NCBI GenBank assembly: GCA_902596045.1
Contig: CACJSJ010000001.1
Location: forward strand, 136,351 to 200,350
Length of the DNA stretch: 64,000 nt
Origin: an uncultured Pelagibacteraceae bacterium
GTDB taxonomy: Bacteria > Pseudomonadota > Alphaproteobacteria > Pelagibacterales > Pelagibacteraceae
Direction of reading: 5' to 3'
Shown: in pieces, positions 9,459 to 20,644 of the stretch
Numbering within the stretch: position 1 is the first letter of the stretch
How the letters are laid out: the number at the start of each line of letters is the position of its first letter
Translations under genes and position numbers: made by a program
The notes under the pieces: generated by a model
Told to the model about the DNA's origin: nothing
Databases searched by the model: none
Seen by the model: only the letters and a program-made list of their open reading frames with translations

Positions 9459-11281
9459 GCTGCAGCACCTGACTTTTCACTTCTTTTTCTTTCATGAGGA
9501 TCAAGAATAGCCTTTCTTAATCTACATGATTCTGGTGTAATTTCTAAAGCTTCATCTGTGTTTAAAATACTTAACTGTTCGGCAATAGACATTTTTCTTA
9601 CTGGAGTGAGGACAACATTTTCGTCAGTACCTTGGGTTCTCATATTTGTCAATTTTTTACCTTTCATAACATTTATAATCATATCACCTGGCTTTGGAGC
9701 CAATCCAACAATCATACCTGCATAAACAGGATCATTGTGAGTTACAAACATCTCACCTCGTGCTTGCAAATTAAATATTGCAAATGCAACAGCTTTTCCT
9801 TGTTCCATTGATATTAAAGCACCATTTCTTCTACCTTCCATTTCACCTTCAAAAGGACCATAGTCGTGAAAAATTCTATTTATTACTCCATTTCCTTTTG
9901 TAAGAGTAAGAAATCTACTAGTGTAACCCATTAGACCTCTTGTTGGAGCATGAAATATTAATCTTTTTTTATTTTTACCAGTATCTTTGAGTTCTATTAA
10001 TTTCCCTTTTCTTCTATTCATTGAGTCAATTACTTTAGATGAATGTTCTTCATCAAGATCCATAGTAACTTCTTCAATAGGTTCCAACTTGTTTCCACTT
10101 TCATCTTTTTTATATAAAACTTTTGGAGGACTAACTGTCATTTCAAATCCTTCTCTTCTCATTTGAGTAAGTAATATTTCTAACATAAGCTCACCTCTAC
10201 CACTGACTACAAAAGACTCATTGCCATCATTTTCTGAAAATGTGATACCAACATTATTTTGTGCCTCTTGGATTAACCTATCTCTAATTTGTGTGCTAGT
10301 AAGTTTTTTACCTTCAGTTCCTGCTAATGGCGAAGTATTAACAGTTATTGTAATGGACATAGTTGGTGGATCAATTGGAGTAGCAGTAATTGGTTCATTT
10401 ACCTCTAAATCACAAATTGTATCTGCAACATTAGCTTTTTCTAGGCCAGCAACTACAACAATATCTCCTGCCTCACCAATCTCAATTGGAACTTTTTTAG
10501 TTCCTTCATATCTAAATATTTTTGTAAGTCTTCCTTCGTCAACTTTTTCACCTTTTAAGTTAATAGCTTTTATTGCTTGATTGGCTTTTGCAGTTCCTTG
10601 AGTAATTCTTCCCACCAAACTTCTACCTAGAAAATTATCCGCATAAAGAAGTGTTGATAGCATTGCAAAAGGTTTTGATCTATCAAGTTCTGCTGGTTTC
10701 ACATGTTCTATAATTTGATCTAGTAAAGGATTTAAATTTTTTCTAGAACCCTCAACTTCTTTATCAGCCCAACCAGATCTACCACTTGCATATAAAACTG
10801 GAAAATCTAATTGTTCTTCATTGGCATCAAGGCTAACAAATAAATCAAATGTTTCGTTTAAAACTTCATCAGCTCTTTGGTCTGTTTTGTCTAATTTATT
10901 AATTACTACAATAGGTTTTAAACCTTGTTTTAATGCTTTTGATAATACAAATTTTGTTTGAGGCATCACACCTTCAGCAGAGTCTATAAGTAATAATGCG
11001 CCATCAGCCATGCTAAGTACTCTTTCTACTTCAGCAGCAAAATCTCTATGGCCAGGGGTATCAATAATATTAATTCTTGAATCCTTCCAATTTATTGAAG
11101 CTGGTTTAGCTAAAATAGTAATTCCTCTTTCTTTTTCTAGTTCACCAGAGTCCATTAATCTTTCATCAATAATTTCATTTTCTCTAAATGAGCCACTTTG
11201 TTTCATTAAGTTATCAATTAGAGTAGTTTTACCGTGGTCAACGTGTGCAATAATGGTGATGTTTCTTATATTGTTGCTCAT
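9455..11281 (-). CDS. typA: Translational GTPase TypA/BipA
   Basis: AHVDHGKTT, ERGITI, DTPGH, NKLD, RREGFE. Confidence 0.97.
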   Translation of the reverse strand: MSNNIRNITIIAHVDHGKTTLIDNLMKQSGSFRENEIIDERLMDSGELEKERGITILAKPASINWKDSRINIIDTPGHRDFAAEVERVLSMADGALLLIDSAEGVMPQTKFVLSKALKQGLKPIVVINKLDKTDQRADEVLNETFDLFVSLDANEEQLDFPVLYASGRSGWADKEVEGSRKNLNPLLDQIIEHVKPAELDRSKPFAMLSTLLYADNFLGRSLVGRITQGTAKANQAIKAINLKGEKVDEGRLTKIFRYEGTKKVPIEIGEAGDIVVVAGLEKANVADTICDLEVNEPITATPIDPPTMSITITVNTSPLAGTEGKKLTSTQIRDRLIQEAQNNVGITFSENDGNESFVVSGRGELMLEILLTQMRREGFEMTVSPPKVLYKKDESGNKLEPIEEVTMDLDEEHSSKVIDSMNRRKGKLIELKDTGKNKKRLIFHAPTRGLMGYTSRFLTLTKGNGVINRIFHDYGPFEGEMEGRRNGALISMEQGKAVAFAIFNLQARGEMFVTHNDPVYAGMIVGLAPKPGDMIINVMKGKKLTNMRTQGTDENVVLTPVRKMSIAEQLSILNTDEALEITPESCRLRKAILDPHERKRSEKSGAAA

Positions 11282-11367
11282 AAATTGTGGCTCTTATATA
11301 TTAATTTTTTTTTTTGGAAACTCTTAAAAACTCAGAAAAATATTAGGATTTTACGAAAAATATCGTG

Positions 11368-11484
11368 TTATTTTGTTTTTTTTGTTTTTTCTCTTTTTAA
11401 TCTTCTTTTTTCTTTCAGACTAAACTTTGGTTTTTTACTAACGCTTGAATCTTTAAAAGATTTTCCACTATAGCGTTTTGACAT
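11368..11484 (-). CDS. 38-aa very basic small protein MSKRYSGKSFKDSSVSKKPKFSLKEKRRLKREKTKKTK
   Basis: Manual translation ATG 11484 to TAA 11368; fills the groEL-typA gap; too short for the ORF track. Confidence 0.6.
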   Translation of the reverse strand: MSKRYSGKSFKDSSVSKKPKFSLKEKRRLKREKTKKTK

Positions 11485-11504
11485 AAAATTATTCTAATAA
11501 TTAT

Positions 11505-11535
11505 AAAAAAAAAGGCCATCAAAATGACGGCCTTT
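11505..11535 (-). terminator. Rho-independent terminator of groESL
   Basis: Minus strand GGCCGTC-ATTTT-GATGGCC followed by a T run, about 25 nt after the groEL stop. Confidence 0.9.
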
Positions 11536-11560
11536 AAATTTTAAATTGAGGAATTGCGGA

Positions 11561-13237
<1,677 letters not shown>

Positions 13238-13246
13238 TTAATTAAA

Positions 13247-13537
13247 TTATTTTCCTGAAATACCCATAATGTCAGACTCTTTCATTATGCTGTATTCTTT
13301 ACCATCGATTTTAACTTCAGTTCCTGACCATTTGCCAAATAAAACTTTGTCACCAACTTTAACATCCATTGGAATTTTTTTTCCATCTTCAGTTTTTGCT
13401 CCACCTCCAATTGCAACTACTTTACCTTCTTGAGGTTTTTCTTGGGCAGTATCTGGGATGATAATTCCACCAGCAGTTTTTTCGCTGCTATCTAAAACTT
13501 CTATTAAAACTCTATCGTGTAACGGTTTAAATTTCAT
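13247..13537 (-). CDS. groES: Co-chaperonin GroES (start corrected to [10 protein letters not shown])
   Basis: [14 protein letters not shown]; AGAGGAG RBS precedes ATG at 13537. Confidence 0.98.
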   Translation of the reverse strand: MKFKPLHDRVLIEVLDSSEKTAGGIIIPDTAQEKPQEGKVVAIGGGAKTEDGKKIPMDVKVGDKVLFGKWSGTEVKIDGKEYSIMKESDIMGISGK

Positions 13538-13574
13538 AAATTCTCCTCTATAAATCTTTATAAATATGAGCTTC

Positions 13575-13602
13575 ATATAGATATTTAGACGTCTATTTCA
13601 AG
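13575..13602 (-). promoter_or_regulatory. RpoH-type heat-shock promoter of groESL
   Basis: Minus strand CTTG-N17-TCTATAT, matching the alphaproteobacterial CTTG-N17/18-CYTATNT consensus with one mismatch. Confidence 0.7.
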
Positions 13603-13669
13603 ATGGAAACTCTTTAAGAATATTAATATTGATAGTAAATTCGAGATTTTATGGGTTATACCTTAAAAT

Positions 13670-14488
13670 ATGACCAAAAATTTAGATTTAAATGGCCTTC
13701 AATCAATAGCTGATAATTATGATCTTTTTTATATTGATCTCTGGGGTGTAATTCATAATGGGATTAAACTAAATGGAAAAGCAATAATTGTTCTTAAAGA
13801 ACTCTTAAAAAAAGATAAAGCTTTTGTACTTTTAACCAATGCACCAAGACCAAATAAAACAGTTAGAAATTTTTTACAAAAAATGGGGATGGAACAAGAA
13901 TTAAGAGATCACGTATTTACATCAGGCGAAGCAGCATTGAATTATTTAAAAAAAAATTTTTTATCACAAAAATTTTATCATATAGGTCCGCCAAGAGATT
14001 TTGATTTATTTGATTTATTTGAAAATAATAAGTGTAAAGATATTAAAGAAAGTGAATATTTATTGTGCACTGGATTATTTGATGATTATGATGAAGATCT
14101 AATTTATTATAAAAATTTATTCGAGAATCATATTAATAAAAAAATGATTTGCACAAATCCAGATTTGATTGTTGATCGTGGTAATAAAAGAGAGTTATGT
14201 GCTGGGTCTGTTGCTATTGTTTTTGAAAAAATGGGTGGTGAAGTAGTTTATTTTGGAAAACCTCACCCAGAAGTTTATAATCAATCAATTGATAATAATG
14301 ATAAAAAAATATTATCAATTGGAGACAATTTAAATACAGATATAAAAGGTGCTAATCTTTTAAATTATGACTCTTTACTAATTTCTAATGGAATACATAA
14401 AGATGAAATCAAAGATAAAGGAATTCTACAAGTTTCAAAAGAATATGAAGCAATAATTAATTTTATTCAATCAGATTTAAAATGGTAA
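13670..14488 (+). CDS. HAD-superfamily hydrolase subfamily IIA (TIGR01459-like)
   Basis: DLWGVIH, LTNAPR, GKPHP, IGDNLNTDI. Confidence 0.9.
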   Translation: MTKNLDLNGLQSIADNYDLFYIDLWGVIHNGIKLNGKAIIVLKELLKKDKAFVLLTNAPRPNKTVRNFLQKMGMEQELRDHVFTSGEAALNYLKKNFLSQKFYHIGPPRDFDLFDLFENNKCKDIKESEYLLCTGLFDDYDEDLIYYKNLFENHINKKMICTNPDLIVDRGNKRELCAGSVAIVFEKMGGEVVYFGKPHPEVYNQSIDNNDKKILSIGDNLNTDIKGANLLNYDSLLISNGIHKDEIKDKGILQVSKEYEAIINFIQSDLKW

Positions 14489-15402
14489 AACATTATTCAA
14501 ATTTTAATATAAAAAAAAAGCACAGGGGATCAATTATTTTAATTGGGAATTTTGATGGCTTGCATCGCGGGCATCAAAAATTATTTAGATTAGCGCAATC
14601 GTATAAAAAAAAATATAATTTAAGAATTGGTGTGATTAACTTTAACCCAATGCCAAAAATGTTTTTTAACAGAAATTTGAAAAACTTCAGATTATCAAAT
14701 ATTAATCAAAAAATTAAATTACTTAATAAATTTAAAGTAGATTTTGTAATAACAAAAAAATTTGATTATAAATTTTCTAAAACTAAATCAATAGTCTTTA
14801 TCAAAGAAATTTTGAATAAAAAATTAAATTCTAAATTTATTTTTGTAAGTAATAACTTTAGATTTGGAAATAAAAGAGAAGGAAATGTTAATTTATTATT
14901 AAAAAATGAGAAAAATTATAATTACAAAGTTGTAAAACCAAAACCATTAATCAATAATAAAAAGATTGTTTCATCATCTTTAATTAGAAATCTTTTAGAA
15001 AATGGATTTTTAGAAAAGGCAAATAAACTTTTGAATAGAAATTGGGCAATACAAGGAATTGTTAAAAAAGGAAGACAAGTTGGAAAAAAAATTGGTTTTC
15101 CGACATGTAATATAGATATTCAAGATTATGTTCTAGCAAAACCAGGTGTTTATGCTGTTAAAGTTTTAAGAAATAATAACACTAAATATCTTAAGGGAAT
15201 TGCAAATCTTGGATATAGACCTACATTTAATCAAAAAAAAATCCTATTAGAAGTTCATTTATTTAATTTTTCTGGAAATCTTTATAATAAGCTTTTATCA
15301 GTAGAGTTTTTAAAGTTTATTAGAAAAGAAAAAAAATTTAAAAATGTTAATCAATTAAGAACCCAAATAAAAACAGATTTAAATATTGCAAAAAAAACTT
15401 AA
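14482..15402 (+). CDS. ribF: Bifunctional riboflavin kinase/FAD synthetase
   Basis: GNFDGLHRGH, GFPTCN, GYRPT, EVHL. Confidence 0.96.
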   Translation: MVKHYSNFNIKKKHRGSIILIGNFDGLHRGHQKLFRLAQSYKKKYNLRIGVINFNPMPKMFFNRNLKNFRLSNINQKIKLLNKFKVDFVITKKFDYKFSKTKSIVFIKEILNKKLNSKFIFVSNNFRFGNKREGNVNLLLKNEKNYNYKVVKPKPLINNKKIVSSSLIRNLLENGFLEKANKLLNRNWAIQGIVKKGRQVGKKIGFPTCNIDIQDYVLAKPGVYAVKVLRNNNTKYLKGIANLGYRPTFNQKKILLEVHLFNFSGNLYNKLLSVEFLKFIRKEKKFKNVNQLRTQIKTDLNIAKKT

Positions 15403-18137
15403 TGAGTAAATCACAAATAAATCTACCAAAAACAGCTTTTTCTATGAAAGCTAATTTACCAATAAGAGAGCCTGAAATTTTAGAATATTGGAAAAAGATT
15501 AATCTTTATCATGAATTAAGAAACTCCAACAAGGGAAAAGAAAAATTTATTCTTCACGATGGCCCCCCTTATGCTAATGGCAACATTCATATGGGTACTG
15601 CTCTTAATAAAATTTTGAAAGATATAATTGTAAAATTCCACCAAATGGATGGTAAAGATAGCATTTATGTTCCAGGGTGGGACTGTCACGGTTTACCAAT
15701 TGAGTGGAAAATTGAAGAACAATATAAAAAAAATAAAAAAAATAAAAATGATGTTCCAATTGTTGAGTTTAGAAAAGAGTGCAGATCATTTGCAGAAAAA
15801 TGGATCGAAATTCATAAATCACAATTTAAACGTTTAGGTGTTATAGGAGATTGGGAGAACTATTACTCTACAATGAGTTTTGATGCTGAAGCCCAAATTG
15901 TGAGGGAGCTTGGAAAATTCTTAAAAGAAGGGAGTTTATACAAGGGTTTTAAACCAGTTTTATGGTCTACAGTTGAAAAGACAGCTCTAGCAGATGCAGA
16001 AGTAGAATATCAAGATCATAAATCAGACACGATTTATACATCTTTTCATGTTAAATCATCTGATTTCAAAGAGCTAGCTGGTTGTGAAATTATAATTTGG
16101 ACAACAACACCTTGGACAATTCCAGCAAACAAAGCACTAGCGTATAATGAGTCTCTTGATTATGTAGTGCTACAATTGAATGATGAAGGTGATTTTAAAA
16201 ATAGAAAAATAGTTGTCGCAGAAGCTTTATTAGAATCAGTTGTTAAAGATTGTGAAATCAAAGATTATAAAAAACTACATACATTTAAAGGAAAAGAATT
16301 TAAAAATACAATCTGCAATCATCCTTTTTTAAAAATTGGATATGAAATTGATATTCCAATGCTTCAAGCAAGATTTGTAACGACTGAGCAAGGAACTGGA
16401 ATAGTTCATTGTGCTCCTAGTCATGGACCTGATGATTTTAATTTATGTATAAATAATGGAATTAAAGCAATTGAAACTGTTGATGGAGATGGGAAATATA
16501 CAAATCATGTGAAATTATTTAATGGAATACATATATTTAAAGCAAATCCAATTGTAATTGAAAAACTTAAAGAACAAAAAAATTTATTATCTAATGGTGA
16601 ATTAATTCATTCTTACCCACACTCATGGAGATCTAAAGCTCCACTTGTACATAGAGCAACTCCACAATGGTTCATTTCAATGGAAAGTCATAAATTAAGA
16701 GATAAAGCCTTAAAAGCAATTGATGAAACAACTTTTTATCCAAATAAAGGTAAAGAAAGATTGAAATCTATGATTGAGACTAGACCTGATTGGTGTGTTT
16801 CAAGACAAAGGGTTTGGGGCGTTCCACTCCCTATTTTCGTTAGTAAAAAAACAAAAGAAATTTTAGTAGACGATGAAGTGATTGAAAATATAGCATCAAT
16901 TTATGAAAAAGAGGGTTCTGATTGTTGGTTTTCAGATAATCCTAAAAGATTTTTAGGAGAAAAATATAATGCTGAAGAATATGAAAAACTAAGCGATATC
17001 GTAGAGGTTTGGTTTGATAGTGGTTCCACTCATTCATTTGTCTTAGAAAAAAGAGAAGATTTAAAATGGCCCGCTTCTATGTATTTAGAAGGATCAGATC
17101 AACACAGAGGTTGGTTTCATTCGTCACTTTTAGAATCATGTGGAACAAGAGGCAAGGCACCATTTGAATCTATACTTTCTCATGGATTTGTAGTCGATGG
17201 AAAGGGTCTCAAGATGTCTAAATCATTAGGAAATGTAATTGCTCCTGAAGATATTTTAAAGAAATATGGGGCTGATATTTTAAGAATTTGGGTAGCGTCA
17301 TCAAATTATGAAGAAGATTTGAGAATAGATTTTTCTATTCTTGATCAGCATGCTGAGTCTTATCGAAAAATTAGAAATACTTTCAGATATTTATTGGGAA
17401 ACATTAACGATAATAAAGAAGAAGTTGATCTAGAAAAAATAGACACAAAAACTCTGCCAGAACTAGAGCAATTCATGCTTCACAAAATTTATTTATTAAA
17501 TGAAAATTTTAAAAGGTATTTTAAAAACTATGATTTTCACAATCTTTATAAAGAGCTTTTAAACTTTTGTACGGTCGATCTCTCAGCGTTTTATTTTGAT
17601 ATTAGAAAAGATTGTTTATATTGTGATCCTCAAGACTCAAAAAAAAGACAATCATCAATATTGTTATTAAAAGTTATTTTATCCTCATTATTAAGATGGT
17701 TTGCACCAATTTTGTCATTTACAACTGAAGAAATTTATAAAATTGTAGGTAGCAAAAAAAGTATTCATTTAGAAAAATTTATAAATTTTCCAATGAGTTT
17801 TAAAAATGACAATTTAAATACTAAATGGTTAGATTTGATCAAGATAAGAGATGTGTGCAATCTTAGTATAGAGGAAAAACGAGCTGAAAAAATAATTGGA
17901 TCAAGTTTAGAAGCATCAGTCAAGATTAAATTAGATGAAGAAAAGTTTAAAATTTTTAGTAATATTGATTTTGCAGAGTTATGCATTACTTCAAATGCGC
18001 AAATTGAGCAAAGTGAGGATAATAAAATTTCAGCTGAAACATTTAAAGCAGAAGGAACTAAATGTCCTGTGTGTTGGAAAATCAGAGTTGGTCCATGTTT
18101 AAGAAATGGAAAAAAATGTCTTATTTCTGAAAACTAA
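15402..18137 (+). CDS. ileS: Isoleucyl-tRNA synthetase
   Basis: DGPPYANG, GWDCHGLP, WTTTPWT, KMSKS, C-terminal CPVCW. Confidence 0.98.
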   Translation: MSKSQINLPKTAFSMKANLPIREPEILEYWKKINLYHELRNSNKGKEKFILHDGPPYANGNIHMGTALNKILKDIIVKFHQMDGKDSIYVPGWDCHGLPIEWKIEEQYKKNKKNKNDVPIVEFRKECRSFAEKWIEIHKSQFKRLGVIGDWENYYSTMSFDAEAQIVRELGKFLKEGSLYKGFKPVLWSTVEKTALADAEVEYQDHKSDTIYTSFHVKSSDFKELAGCEIIIWTTTPWTIPANKALAYNESLDYVVLQLNDEGDFKNRKIVVAEALLESVVKDCEIKDYKKLHTFKGKEFKNTICNHPFLKIGYEIDIPMLQARFVTTEQGTGIVHCAPSHGPDDFNLCINNGIKAIETVDGDGKYTNHVKLFNGIHIFKANPIVIEKLKEQKNLLSNGELIHSYPHSWRSKAPLVHRATPQWFISMESHKLRDKALKAIDETTFYPNKGKERLKSMIETRPDWCVSRQRVWGVPLPIFVSKKTKEILVDDEVIENIASIYEKEGSDCWFSDNPKRFLGEKYNAEEYEKLSDIVEVWFDSGSTHSFVLEKREDLKWPASMYLEGSDQHRGWFHSSLLESCGTRGKAPFESILSHGFVVDGKGLKMSKSLGNVIAPEDILKKYGADILRIWVASSNYEEDLRIDFSILDQHAESYRKIRNTFRYLLGNINDNKEEVDLEKIDTKTLPELEQFMLHKIYLLNENFKRYFKNYDFHNLYKELLNFCTVDLSAFYFDIRKDCLYCDPQDSKKRQSSILLLKVILSSLLRWFAPILSFTTEEIYKIVGSKKSIHLEKFINFPMSFKNDNLNTKWLDLIKIRDVCNLSIEEKRAEKIIGSSLEASVKIKLDEEKFKIFSNIDFAELCITSNAQIEQSEDNKISAETFKAEGTKCPVCWKIRVGPCLRNGKKCLISEN

Positions 18138-18141
18138 ATAA

Positions 18142-18615
18142 ATGTTTAAAAAAAAAATAACTATTTTCTATATAGCAAGTGCAATTTTTATTTTAGATAG
18201 ATTGAGTAAATATTTTATACTAGAGTTGTCTAATTCAGTTGAAGAATTTAATATTCCTGTAACATCATTTCTTAATTTTAATTTAGTTTGGAATAATGGT
18301 ATAGCTTTTGGTCTTTTTTCATTTAATGAACAATTTTATTACAACATAATCACATTAGTAATTATAATAATAACTTTTGTTATTCTATTTTTTGCGATTA
18401 AATCCGTTGGAGTTGAAAAAATAGGTTTTTCAATGATTTTTGGAGGATCTTTGGGAAATATATTTGATAGATTATATTACTCGGCTGTTGTTGATTTTAT
18501 CGATCTTCATATTAACAATATTCATTGGTTTATTTTTAATATTGCAGATATATTTATTAGTTTAGGGGTTATAATACTTATTACGGTAGAGTTTTTTGGT
18601 AGAAAAAAAATATGA
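18142..18615 (+). CDS. lspA: Lipoprotein signal peptidase
   Basis: NNGIAFG, GNIFDR, VVDFI, FNIAD. Confidence 0.96.
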   Translation: MFKKKITIFYIASAIFILDRLSKYFILELSNSVEEFNIPVTSFLNFNLVWNNGIAFGLFSFNEQFYYNIITLVIIIITFVILFFAIKSVGVEKIGFSMIFGGSLGNIFDRLYYSAVVDFIDLHINNIHWFIFNIADIFISLGVIILITVEFFGRKKI

Positions 18616-18914
18616 AAAAGTTTTTGATATATTTCTTAATTTTAATTCCTTTATTTGGTTGTGGGTCTGCTAAAGAAGGTTTTACATTAAAAAAGAAAAA
18701 TAATTCTGATGAATTTTTAATTGAAAAAAAAAATCCACTAGTAATGCCACCTGAATACGGTGATTTACCGGTGCCAGGAGATTTTGAAGCTCAAAGCAGT
18801 AATGTTGATAAGGATGAGTTTGAAAAAATAATAACTAAATCAAAAAACAAGACTTCTAAAAATAGCACAAAAAAAACAAATATAGAGCAGTCTGTGCTTG
18901 AAAAGATTAATTAG
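18612..18914 (+). CDS. DUF3035-like lipoprotein
   Basis: Lipobox LFGC; DEF.....PLVMPP motif. Confidence 0.8.
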   Translation: MKKFLIYFLILIPLFGCGSAKEGFTLKKKNNSDEFLIEKKNPLVMPPEYGDLPVPGDFEAQSSNVDKDEFEKIITKSKNKTSKNSTKKTNIEQSVLEKIN

Positions 18915-18919
18915 TTAGA

Positions 18920-20086
18920 ATGGTAAAAAATTTTTTTTTATTTAAAAACTTTAAAAACATATTTTCTAAAAATACTGATAAAAAAAAAATTTTAAAAATT
19001 TTAAAAGAAGTTTTAAATGAAAATAATCAGATTATAAAATCACTAGGACAAACTAATCAAAATAGTTATAAAAAAAAACAATTAGGTAAATACAAAAAAT
19101 CATCAAATTTTAGAGTGATAGGGATGGGGGGCTCCGCACTTGGAACTCAAGCAATATATGATTTTCTAAAACATAAAATAAAAAAAAAATTCATATTTAT
19201 TAATGATCTTCAAAATAAACAAAAAAAAGAAACAAAAAAAGGTTTTACAAATCTAGTAGTTTCTAAATCTGGAAATACAGTTGAGACCATAGCAAATTCA
19301 AATATTTTAATTAAAAAAGGTGATAAAAATATTTTTATTACTGAAAATAAAAAAAGTTATCTTCGAATTTTAGCAGAAAGATTAAAAGCGGAAATAGTAG
19401 ATCATAATAATTTCATTGGTGGAAGATATTCAGTTTTATCTGAAGTCGGTATGCTTCCAGCAGAATTGATGGGACTTAATACTAATAATTTTAAACAACT
19501 TAATTTCTTAATAAAAAATAAAAAGTTTTTTGAATCATTAGTAAACAATGTTGCTTCAATTTTTTTTTTAATAAAGAAAAAAAGATATAATTCAGTAATA
19601 ATTAATTATGATGAAAAATCAGAAAGTTTGTTTAATTGGTATCAACAATTAGTTGCAGAAAGCTTAGGGAAGAAAAAAAAAGGTATATTACCCGTCATAT
19701 CCAAAATGCCAAGAGACAACCATAGTGTAATGCAATACTATCTAGAAGGATCACAGAAAAACTTGTTTACTTTTTTTTATGTTCACGACTACAAAGCAGA
19801 TAAAATAAAAAATCAAAATATATTATCTTCATATAATTTTTTAAATAATAAGAAAATTTCAAATATTACCTATGCTCAAAAAATAGCAACAGAAAATGTA
19901 TTTAATTTAAAGAAAATTCCATTTCGAAGTTTTGAAATTGTACGAAGAGACGAAAAAACTTTAGGGGAATTATTTTGTTTTTTTATACTAGAAACAATTT
20001 TACTTGGAAAAATATTAAATGTGAATCCATTTGATCAGCCAGCAGTGGAATTGATAAAAAAAGAGACAAAAAAAATATTAATCTAG
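18920..20086 (+). CDS. pgi: Glucose-6-phosphate isomerase (short form)
   Basis: GMGGSALG, SKSGNTVET, GGRYSVLS, QQLVAESLGK, NPFDQPAVE. Confidence 0.9.
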   Translation: MVKNFFLFKNFKNIFSKNTDKKKILKILKEVLNENNQIIKSLGQTNQNSYKKKQLGKYKKSSNFRVIGMGGSALGTQAIYDFLKHKIKKKFIFINDLQNKQKKETKKGFTNLVVSKSGNTVETIANSNILIKKGDKNIFITENKKSYLRILAERLKAEIVDHNNFIGGRYSVLSEVGMLPAELMGLNTNNFKQLNFLIKNKKFFESLVNNVASIFFLIKKKRYNSVIINYDEKSESLFNWYQQLVAESLGKKKKGILPVISKMPRDNHSVMQYYLEGSQKNLFTFFYVHDYKADKIKNQNILSSYNFLNNKKISNITYAQKIATENVFNLKKIPFRSFEIVRRDEKTLGELFCFFILETILLGKILNVNPFDQPAVELIKKETKKILI

Positions 20087-20644
20087 ACAAGATAAAAATA
20101 TTATTTTTGATATTCCATATACTTTTTGTTCAATTAATTTGTAACTTGATGGCAAGGGATCTTGTTCATTTTTATGTCTATGTAAAATGATTATTCCATG
20201 TTTGTTAAGTATTTTTTGGTTTTTAATTTCATGAAGTAATTTATCTATATTTTTATTCTTATACGGTGGATCAAAAAAAATTATATCGCATTTTGAATTT
20301 AAATTTAGAAATACATTGTCTTTATAGATATCTTTTTCAATAATTTCATAATTTTGAATTGATTTTAAACTAGATAAATTTTTTTTTAATAAATGTAAAA
20401 CTCCAGGATAATTTTCAATAAAAATTACTTTTTTTGCACCTCTTGATAAGCATTCAATTCCAAAGGAACCTACACCAGAAAATAGATCCAATATAGATGC
20501 ATTAGAAAAATTTATTTTAAATTTATTTGAATGATTAATAATATTAAAAATAGATTCTTTAGTAAGATCTTTTAAAGGTCTAGTTTTGTCATCATCGGGT
20601 GTTAAAATTTTTTTTCCTTTAAAAGATCCTGATATGATCCTCAT
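20078..20644 (-). CDS. rsmD: 16S rRNA m2G966 methyltransferase
   Basis: MRIISG, LDLFSGVGS, DPPY. Confidence 0.93.
   Translation of the reverse strand: MRIISGSFKGKKILTPDDDKTRPLKDLTKESIFNIINHSNKFKINFSNASILDLFSGVGSFGIECLSRGAKKVIFIENYPGVLHLLKKNLSSLKSIQNYEIIEKDIYKDNVFLNLNSKCDIIFFDPPYKNKNIDKLLHEIKNQKILNKHGIIILHRHKNEQDPLPSSYKLIEQKVYGISKIIFLSCLD

Noticed and set aside
13538-13576. 13-aa N-terminal extension of GroES (similar extensions of atpF, mutY, hemF, DUF2093)
   Set aside because: ORF-caller longest-frame artefacts; RBS or homology points to downstream ATGs.
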